From a virus (Duplodnaviria; Caudoviricetes): a stretch of DNA of 64,000 nucleotides. Of this stretch, positions 53,773 to 61,221 are shown piece after piece. The DNA lies in the IMG/VR virus record IMGVR_UViG_3300028591_000019, positions 13,408-77,407 of that record; one strand, written 5' to 3'. Below the pieces are notes generated by a model. It was not told where the DNA came from and did no database searches. It saw only the letters and a list, made by a program, of their open reading frames with translations. The position numbers and the translations under genes are program-made. The first letter of the stretch is position 1. Each line of letters starts with the position of its first letter.

Positions 53773-55086
53773 TTAAAGGGATAATCTCTGCAATTCTTCA
53801 TATTCCTTTATGTCTACAATCTGTAATGCCTGTTCCATCGGGAGAAACATCTTAAATCTCTTCTCCTCTCCCGTCATTCTGTACAATTTATTCCAGTAAT
53901 AGACGTTTGCAAGGCTTCTCGCCCTGTGCATCCAACAAATGTTCTTGTCCCGTTTGTTCATCGTGCCATACTTCTGGTAACACCATGCCGTACAACACCC
54001 ACATCCAGTACCTATCGAGCAGTAGAAGCACTCATCATCCGACATTGTTCTCCTGTCTATGCTTGCCATCTCATCACGAAGACGCTGATGCTCATGCTCC
54101 TTGTATATGCCGTTGAAGCAGTCCCCTATCACAACAGGCTTTTGCTCTCCGTTCAGCGACATCTCCATATATCGGATACAAGGATACGCTTTGCCGTCTA
54201 CATCAAAGGACAGCATCTGCCCCGAACCACCGCAATATGTGCTAAGTTCATGCTCTGATTGCGGGCGAAAAGAGAACTCTTGGAAGATATTTGTCTCGTA
54301 AATATGCTTGTCATCGTCAAGCATATAGTCGGCAATCTGCTTCAGCTGACGATAATACTCTTTCGCTTCCTCTACTGTCCATTCATGCTCATAAATAGGA
54401 TTTGCGTTGATTTCTGTGTACCCACGCTCCGCAAAATACTGTACTGTCTTATGAAAATGCGGCAGATTCTCTGGGGAAATCGTGACTTTTGTGCCTAAAT
54501 AGCGGTCAAATCTCTCCGTATAATCGAGAAGAGCCTTGTTTGCTTCTTCCCAACTACCGCTACCATCCGCATGAACACGGCAGGAATCGTGCATCTCCTT
54601 ATCTCCGTCCACCGTAACAGAGAACGATAATCTGCTCCCAAATCTCTCCAAAAATCTCTGCACAGACGGGTCAAAATAGCACACTCCGTTACTCGTAATA
54701 GAGATTCTGAAGTATTCTGCCCAGATATGCTTCCGTTCTATCGCCTTTCTCCAGAAATAATCGCAAGTATCGTAGATTAAATCTGCCGCAAGCAACGGTT
54801 CTCCACCGATGAACTCCAAAACAAGAGCCGTTGTGTTCTTGTTAATGAAACCATTCGGGTCATCCTCGTCATACATCTCGAACAGATAGTCTACGATGCG
54901 TTTTGCCGTATCCAGAGACATAAAACGCTTCCCTTTATGCGTTTCGTAGCAGTATTTGCATTGCAGATTGCACGAATCCGTCACGACAAACGTGACATTT
55001 CTCGTCTGTGCTATACCAAGAGGATTCTCTGGATGCAATTCCGATACCATTTCGTTGTATTGACGCACGATATCTTCACTCTCCAA
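53773..55086 (-). CDS. Radical SAM / SPASM peptide maturase, CXXX-repeat target type
   Basis: CNLQCKYC, FIGGEPLL, SNG, DGDKEMHD; SPASM cysteines CGG...YPC...CFYC...GCGCC...C. Confidence 0.9.
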   Translation of the reverse strand: MESEDIVRQYNEMVSELHPENPLGIAQTRNVTFVVTDSCNLQCKYCYETHKGKRFMSLDTAKRIVDYLFEMYDEDDPNGFINKNTTALVLEFIGGEPLLAADLIYDTCDYFWRKAIERKHIWAEYFRISITSNGVCYFDPSVQRFLERFGSRLSFSVTVDGDKEMHDSCRVHADGSGSWEEANKALLDYTERFDRYLGTKVTISPENLPHFHKTVQYFAERGYTEINANPIYEHEWTVEEAKEYYRQLKQIADYMLDDDKHIYETNIFQEFSFRPQSEHELSTYCGGSGQMLSFDVDGKAYPCIRYMEMSLNGEQKPVVIGDCFNGIYKEHEHQRLRDEMASIDRRTMSDDECFYCSIGTGCGCCTAWCYQKYGTMNKRDKNICWMHRARSLANVYYWNKLYRMTGEEKRFKMFLPMEQALQIVDIKEYEELQRLSL

Positions 55087-55384
55087 GAACGAACTTCATC
55101 TGCTTCGTATCGAACAGGAACTCATACCCATGCGGCTTGTTTCTTATGCTTTCTGGGCAGTATTTCTTGTCCATCTCGTCCTTGAGCATCTCCAGTTCTA
55201 CCCATCTCGTCTCGACAACATCGATATAATGCTGAAGAATATCCCAGTTTACGTCCTTATCCTTCATAAGAAACGCAATGTTATCTCTTCCCGCCTGTTG
55301 TTCGTAAAACTTCCTCTCTACAAGCAGACTGTCCTGCTCATCGATATCTACGATTCCCGCTTTAATCTCCAATTTAATTGCCAT
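55076..55384 (-). CDS. Accessory protein of the CXXX-repeat modification system
   Basis: 102 aa helical ORF between precursor and maturase, overlapping the maturase start; position and size match the recalled family. Confidence 0.6.
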   Translation of the reverse strand: MAIKLEIKAGIVDIDEQDSLLVERKFYEQQAGRDNIAFLMKDKDVNWDILQHYIDVVETRWVELEMLKDEMDKKYCPESIRNKPHGYEFLFDTKQMKFVLGE

Positions 55385-55411
55385 AATGGTTTTCTTTCCT
55401 CTCCCGTAGTT

Positions 55412-56032
55412 TTATCTTGCCTGTACGCCGCAAGTGCTTGTGCAATCTGTGCTACAAGTTCCCTTGCAACTCCCCTTGCACCCTTGCAAACATCCTGTAT
55501 AACAAGTTTTAATACAGTTTGTTTTGCAAGAGCCTTGGCAAGTCGTGTCACACGCACTTATACAATCAAACGAGCATACGCCGCCGCACCCGCTTGAGCA
55601 AGCATTGCCGCATCCAGAACATCCAGTACAGCTTCCAGTACAGCTTCCAGAACATCCCTTGCATCCAGACCCGCATCCAGTTACGCACAGCCCCGAACAA
55701 GACGATTTGCAGTCTGTCGTACTGCTTGTAACCTTATATCCTTCCGCTGTTGTAAGGAACGTGCCGAGTGCATCTATAGCCTTAATAACATCGCCAGAAG
55801 CCACTTCGGATATACCCGTGTCATTTATTGCATTGAGCGGTATTGCAATCTTATTAACGTGTTCTGGCAAGACCGCGCCACCTTCTGTAGGCTGTACTTC
55901 GTAGTCGTATGCAGAAGAACCGTAGGATACAAGCGTTCCCTTGTACTTCCTGCGGAGCATTTCCGCTTTTACCCTTGCTTTGAGAGCAATGAACTCTTCC
56001 GCAAGATATCTGTTCCCAACTGTTAATGCCAT
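55412..56032 (-). CDS. Cys-rich CXXX-repeat target protein with a 105-aa N-terminal domain
   Basis: 25 cysteines in the last ~100 aa, mostly spaced Cxxx (CKSSCSGLCVTGC...CSTDCTSTC). Confidence 0.88.
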   Translation of the reverse strand: MALTVGNRYLAEEFIALKARVKAEMLRRKYKGTLVSYGSSAYDYEVQPTEGGAVLPEHVNKIAIPLNAINDTGISEVASGDVIKAIDALGTFLTTAEGYKVTSSTTDCKSSCSGLCVTGCGSGCKGCSGSCTGSCTGCSGCGNACSSGCGGVCSFDCISACDTTCQGSCKTNCIKTCYTGCLQGCKGSCKGTCSTDCTSTCGVQAR

Positions 56033-56047
56033 ATCACGTTCGTCTCC

Positions 56048-56479
56048 TTATGCAAAGACTCCGCAAATCTTATGCCATTCTCCCTCGTAGTAATAGGACA
56101 GCGTACTGTCTTCTGGATTTATCCACAGCATAGTCGTATCGGTAGGCTGTGATGTCTGAATAACAAATCTTGAGTTTGTAAGACCAAGTGCCGCCCTTGC
56201 CGCTTCCTGTGTTGTTGCTCCTGTACCGCCGCAACTAATAGGGAGTGTGCCGAACTGCGGATTCCCAGACTCTGTCGCAAACACCGCTCCCGTTCCCGTC
56301 AAAGCCTGTACAGGATTCGTCCCTTGTCCTTCAAGAAGACCGCCTTGTGTAAGCGTGGTAGCACCCGTACCACCATTTTCGACAGCCATAAGTTCGACAG
56401 CGTTCGACAAATCGTTAAGGTTATCGGCATCTATCGGCGGGACGGAGTCGTTATTCCATTGTGGATTTACATATGCCAT
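56048..56479 (-). CDS. Short tail fibre-like protein
   Basis: NGGTGATT and CGGTGATT repeats, IDADNLN. Confidence 0.65.
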   Translation of the reverse strand: MAYVNPQWNNDSVPPIDADNLNDLSNAVELMAVENGGTGATTLTQGGLLEGQGTNPVQALTGTGAVFATESGNPQFGTLPISCGGTGATTQEAARAALGLTNSRFVIQTSQPTDTTMLWINPEDSTLSYYYEGEWHKICGVFA

Positions 56480-56502
56480 ATATCTGTTTACCTTTCCTTA
56501 TA

Positions 56503-57786
56503 TTAAGCGTTTGCCATGCTCTTTAACGAGTCTGACAATGAAGTAACGGTCGCAATCGGGAAGTCGGATATCGATGTCGCAGATATCGTCATCTCTCCCG
56601 TCTGACCTATCGGTATCGTAAAGCCGTTGATAAGGTGCTTTTCGTATGGATTCCCTTGTTTATCTGGTCTTCGGATAAGAACAAGGCTGTTTTCCGTAAG
56701 GTGGAACATCTGCTGAGAAGATATCGAAATTGATTTCTTCAATACCGTATTCCTCTTGAGTTCAAACTCTGCCAAGTCCATGCAAACTTGGTTCGTATAG
56801 TATCCTGCCTTACTCTGCCTGTCCGTCTTCAGCCCGATGATATTGATATTTGTATCCGAACGTGGGTCAAAGTTCTGCGCTCTTCCCCCGACAACAGCAT
56901 ATCCATCGTTCAAAGCCTGTCCTACACGGATAATATCGTTCTTAACCTCGCTTGCGAGAATCGTATAGGTTGCTCCCAAGAACTGCTGTTCGCTTGTCGA
57001 GAACTCCCATTGCAACGGCTTATCTGTATCTAGGATATCGTCCTGCGAAGCATCAACTCTCAACGCTCCGTATGCATCGTATCCTATCCATCCCGCAATC
57101 ATCTCGTTTAATCCTAACAAAACGTCTGCGTATGTGTCTCCTTCTGAGTCAAATCGTGCCGTGTAAGGAGAACGGACAAGCGAAGCAAACGAACCGTCTG
57201 GAAGCTTCTGAATCTTGTCGTTGTAATAGTCCGTAAACACAGGCGGTGTCGTATCTATCGGGATTCCGTTACCGCTGTCTATCTGCAATATCCCGCTCAT
57301 CGCTTCAAAGATATTGGAATTAACAGGACATTCGTATGTCCCTTCAAACTGACCGCCTAATGTCCCGTCCAGAACTGCCCATTTATCGACAAGAGACAGC
57401 GTAGTCGTGTTCTCATTCGGTCGCAGAGATTCCTGCGGGTCTTTGATATAAAACACCCCTTGAGGAAGCAGATACGGCAATCCGTTTGGCAACTGTACCC
57501 CCATCAGCAAACGAACTTTTGTGCCTATCCACACGTTGTTCACGTTGTACGAGAACAAATCGTTGACATTTGCAAGCTGAATAGAAGCCGTTCTTCGCAT
57601 ACCGTTCTGCAAATTCACAGACAGACTCCCACCGTTCTGAATAAAGGTCTTATCCCTTTGCGATATGGAATTATCGTCTATTACGAACGCAACAGTATTG
57701 TCGGGCTGAAGAAACTCTAGCCGTGTCCGTTTACGAAAATTCGTTTTTAATGTCTGTAAATACAGTTCCCAATCGGTTTTCGGCAT
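56503..57786 (-). CDS. Tail / baseplate hub-like protein
   Basis: 427 aa; MRRTASI...QGVFYI; position after the distal tail gene. Confidence 0.6.
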   Translation of the reverse strand: MPKTDWELYLQTLKTNFRKRTRLEFLQPDNTVAFVIDDNSISQRDKTFIQNGGSLSVNLQNGMRRTASIQLANVNDLFSYNVNNVWIGTKVRLLMGVQLPNGLPYLLPQGVFYIKDPQESLRPNENTTTLSLVDKWAVLDGTLGGQFEGTYECPVNSNIFEAMSGILQIDSGNGIPIDTTPPVFTDYYNDKIQKLPDGSFASLVRSPYTARFDSEGDTYADVLLGLNEMIAGWIGYDAYGALRVDASQDDILDTDKPLQWEFSTSEQQFLGATYTILASEVKNDIIRVGQALNDGYAVVGGRAQNFDPRSDTNINIIGLKTDRQSKAGYYTNQVCMDLAEFELKRNTVLKKSISISSQQMFHLTENSLVLIRRPDKQGNPYEKHLINGFTIPIGQTGEMTISATSISDFPIATVTSLSDSLKSMANA

Positions 57787-57792
57787 GACGGA

Positions 57793-57990
57793 TTAATTCT
57801 CCTCTGCAACCTCTTTCTTCTTCTTGCTCTGCTTCTTGACCTTCTGAATCTCCTTGATATTCGGATGATACGGAGCAAACATCTGCCCCTCTACAGTCTC
57901 AAAAAACTTGCCGTTGAACTTGGAAATCGTGAACTCACGACCGCTCCACAGAATCAACTTATCGCCTTTCTTTACATTGGTGTCTACCAT
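57793..57990 (-). CDS. Small hypothetical protein
   Basis: 65 aa, GGATAAGAGG ribosome site. Confidence 0.55.
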   Translation of the reverse strand: MVDTNVKKGDKLILWSGREFTISKFNGKFFETVEGQMFAPYHPNIKEIQKVKKQSKKKKEVAEEN

Positions 57991-58013
57991 ATCCTCTTAT
58001 CCTTGTCCTTTCC

Positions 58014-61000
58014 TTAAACTACTACAGTTAAGTATCCATCATTCGTAATGGTCGCATCCAATACTTGCAGGAATCCTGTTCCAATCTCAAGCAGATTCCC
58101 TTCCGTGCTGAGTACCAACGAAGACCCTTCGTATCCGTCTGGCACACTCCAATACAGGCATCCGTCATCGATATCCACATCGACAGAGGTCAGATACAGA
58201 TTATCTTTCTCCCACAAATCATCGGACGGGAGCAGGATTATAGAAGCCTGTTTCGCATCCGCAACCTCTACCCACGGGAACGACATCTGAATCGGAATAA
58301 CTGCGCTTCTATCATTTACCGTCATTGAGATAGACCCGTTCACATCTATCTGCCACAGCGCACCCTTTGCATCACGCAGGAATTTCGGGTTCGTACTTGT
58401 AGACAATGCCATGATTTTATCCGCAAGTTCCCATGTGTCTGAATAGGAATTGTTCGAGCAATCTCCTATCAACGCTGTCAACGTACCAGATTTGTAATTG
58501 AGAGAAGACGGCTGTACAATCGGATACCTCGTAAAGTTCTGCAACACGCTCACATTGCTGTTGTTGCTGATGCTTCCCGCATCTACGTTTCCTGCAACAA
58601 TAAAGCTTTGCAGTACATGATAGAAGCCATCATCCTGCAATTCGCACTCCATAAGTGTATACGTTCCGAACTGCGGAGTTACAGGATTCGACACATATGG
58701 GGCGGCAACATATGTTTCTTGACCACGCAGGAAGACATAATAGACATAGGTCGTTCTGCTCTTTACTCCGTAGTCTCTGAACACAAGGAAGTCTTGAGAT
58801 AAGTCCGCAATATGTCGGAGAATCTTTTCATTTGATGCCTGTCTGTATATCGAAGCACCGTACAGGCTGTCTCCGTTACCGCCATTTACATCGGCAACAA
58901 GATTCCTGTCGTTGAACGTAGCAATCAAGAAAGTCTGTGCATCGTACATCGGCTCATACCAACTGCCGCCCATCAAGTTATCGATTGTAGTCTCGGTAAG
59001 CGTACCGCTGTACAACCAGATATAGTCGCAGTTCTGCTGTCCGTTCAGCTTAATAGCCGATACGTTGTCCTGCGTATAAGACACTTCCGCATCCCATACA
59101 TTGATAACTTGAGATATCGGTGTAGGATACAGCGTAGTATCTGGATACAAATCCGTAGCGGGGAATAAACCGCCTGTATAGGTGACTTGTTTGAGATAAA
59201 AGTGTGTCGGTGTCAACGCACATACGAGCCAGTCGTTTGCTTTCAGCGTGAACGACCGTGTATATAGAACCGTATCACCCTGTTTCAGCGTTGCTCCTGT
59301 CGGAGTAACATTCAGAACAACCGACTCACCTTCCGTCTGAAGTTCCCAAACATCCAGACCGCCCGTTATATCCGTTCTCTGCCCTCTCCATGCAAAAGAC
59401 CAAGGCTTTGCGAAAGAGAGTGGTACATCGCTTGTGCTGTCCCAAGTCGCAATCGCTCCCGCAGGAAGACGAAGTATCCCGTCTCCGTAGGTTTCGGTGT
59501 ATCCCTCGTTAATCCATCCTTCCAGAACAGTCCTGTTAATCCAAGATATCTGTACATAAGGAGCATTCAGCTGTCTGCACACGGTAACAAGACCTTCGGA
59601 GTCTGCTGTCGGATACGATACCGCAAACGATACCCAACCAGTATCTGCCTGTACTCCGTTCTCCGTCTGTACAACCAACCGTACCGAATATGTATTACCA
59701 TCCAGAAGCCCATCGTAGGACAGGCTGAGAAGATTCGTATACAGAAAGCCCGTATCTACGAGCATATTGTCTGTATCTGCTTCGTTCCGTAAGAACCATT
59801 CTACCCAAGCAAGCGTATCGCCCTGTGCCTGTTGATATGTCGCAGTTATGTCGATGCTTCTTGTCGTATACGGATTTGCAATCGGAGTTATCGCAACCGT
59901 AGGTGTCGAACGTGTAATGAAAACACTTGAAGACAACTGCTTTGTACATCCAGAAACGAGCGTAATAGAGAACTTGTCTCCTGCACTCGGTGTCTTTGAT
60001 ACAGAGATACCGTAATCGGACAGCGATACATACATACCGTTGTAATACCATCCCGCAAGTTCGTCCGTCTCCGTATTAGCGTCCCGATACTCGAACGTGT
60101 ACTTCCCGCTGAACGGGAATTTCTGCTCTATTGTCGGGATATTTGCCGTTATCCCAACAAGCGAACCGACTGCTGTATAGGTAAGCGAACCCGCTTGATA
60201 ATCTACTGTAATCGTGTTCCCGCTTGCAGGAGTTCCCGTTATCGTGATACCGCAGTCAGCTAAGTTAATCGTACTTCCGCTGTATAGCCAATTCGTCCCA
60301 TCGTAGATTATGTTATACTTGCCTGTCTCGGATACTTGAGATTCCCATGTGTTGACATCGATACTTGCGGATTCAATTCCCGCAACGACCGAAACGTCTA
60401 TCTTTGGAGACACAAACGCAGTTTCTCCGACCGTATATTCGACAGTAATAACATCTCCGTTCGCCGCAGTACCGCTGAAGGAGATACCGTATTCTGATAT
60501 CGTGACATTGCTTCCAGACAGCTTCCAGTTCGTTCCGTCATAAGAAAACACATATGTACCGTTTGCTGAAACTTTAGCTTTCCATGTCGTTTCGTCTACC
60601 GCAACATCGTAAATATCCCCTTTTGCTGTCGCAGTCGCTATGCCTACAACGTATGAAACATCGATAGCGTCTCCGCTTGCAGGAGTTCCGCTTGCAGATA
60701 TTCCGTATGTTGAAAGAGACACGGAAGAACCGTTGTACATCCAGTCCATTCCGTCATACTCGAAATGATACGACCCGTCTTCCGTTATCGCACCCGACCA
60801 AGTCGGCTTTGAAATCGTGACACCGCTTACCGTTCCCGTTGCGCTGTACGAGGAGACATCTCCCGTGCCATCCCATTGCGTAATCGTAATCTTGTATCCG
60901 TTCTCATATCCGTTTACTATACCGACACTCGCAAGAGTTGCCGCAGATATCGTATCAGCTTCAAACGTCTGGACATTCCCCTTGTTATCTGTAGGCGAGA

Positions 61001-61199
61001 ACGCAGGAGACACCGCAATCTTCCCTGTCGAATATACAAGCGTACTCAGCGCATCGTTCTGTGCGATATCGATTTTATAAGCAGTCATCGGACTTCCCGA
61101 AAACTGCCACTTCACATCCAATCCGTTCGTAACATCTACGACTCCGCTTCCTGTACCAGACAGGGTGGACGGTATTATGTTTGTAGGTTGACTAATCAT
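58014..61199 (-). CDS. Large distal tail / baseplate protein with four internal repeats
   Basis: 1061 aa after the tape measure gene; repeats of G-x-Y-x-F-x-YDG-x-x-W...YGI...GTPA-x-GD. Confidence 0.7.
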   Translation of the reverse strand: MISQPTNIIPSTLSGTGSGVVDVTNGLDVKWQFSGSPMTAYKIDIAQNDALSTLVYSTGKIAVSPAFSPTDNKGNVQTFEADTISAATLASVGIVNGYENGYKITITQWDGTGDVSSYSATGTVSGVTISKPTWSGAITEDGSYHFEYDGMDWMYNGSSVSLSTYGISASGTPASGDAIDVSYVVGIATATAKGDIYDVAVDETTWKAKVSANGTYVFSYDGTNWKLSGSNVTISEYGISFSGTAANGDVITVEYTVGETAFVSPKIDVSVVAGIESASIDVNTWESQVSETGKYNIIYDGTNWLYSGSTINLADCGITITGTPASGNTITVDYQAGSLTYTAVGSLVGITANIPTIEQKFPFSGKYTFEYRDANTETDELAGWYYNGMYVSLSDYGISVSKTPSAGDKFSITLVSGCTKQLSSSVFITRSTPTVAITPIANPYTTRSIDITATYQQAQGDTLAWVEWFLRNEADTDNMLVDTGFLYTNLLSLSYDGLLDGNTYSVRLVVQTENGVQADTGWVSFAVSYPTADSEGLVTVCRQLNAPYVQISWINRTVLEGWINEGYTETYGDGILRLPAGAIATWDSTSDVPLSFAKPWSFAWRGQRTDITGGLDVWELQTEGESVVLNVTPTGATLKQGDTVLYTRSFTLKANDWLVCALTPTHFYLKQVTYTGGLFPATDLYPDTTLYPTPISQVINVWDAEVSYTQDNVSAIKLNGQQNCDYIWLYSGTLTETTIDNLMGGSWYEPMYDAQTFLIATFNDRNLVADVNGGNGDSLYGASIYRQASNEKILRHIADLSQDFLVFRDYGVKSRTTYVYYVFLRGQETYVAAPYVSNPVTPQFGTYTLMECELQDDGFYHVLQSFIVAGNVDAGSISNNSNVSVLQNFTRYPIVQPSSLNYKSGTLTALIGDCSNNSYSDTWELADKIMALSTSTNPKFLRDAKGALWQIDVNGSISMTVNDRSAVIPIQMSFPWVEVADAKQASIILLPSDDLWEKDNLYLTSVDVDIDDGCLYWSVPDGYEGSSLVLSTEGNLLEIGTGFLQVLDATITNDGYLTVVV

Positions 61200-61221
61200 A
61201 TCTTCGTCTGTGTCTCCTATA

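Noticed and set aside
54302-54326. Inverted repeat ATATGCTTG-N7-CAAGCATAT resembling the 39192 repeat
   Set aside because: Lies inside the radical SAM coding sequence with a different spacer length and sequence; may be chance, so not treated as a partner site
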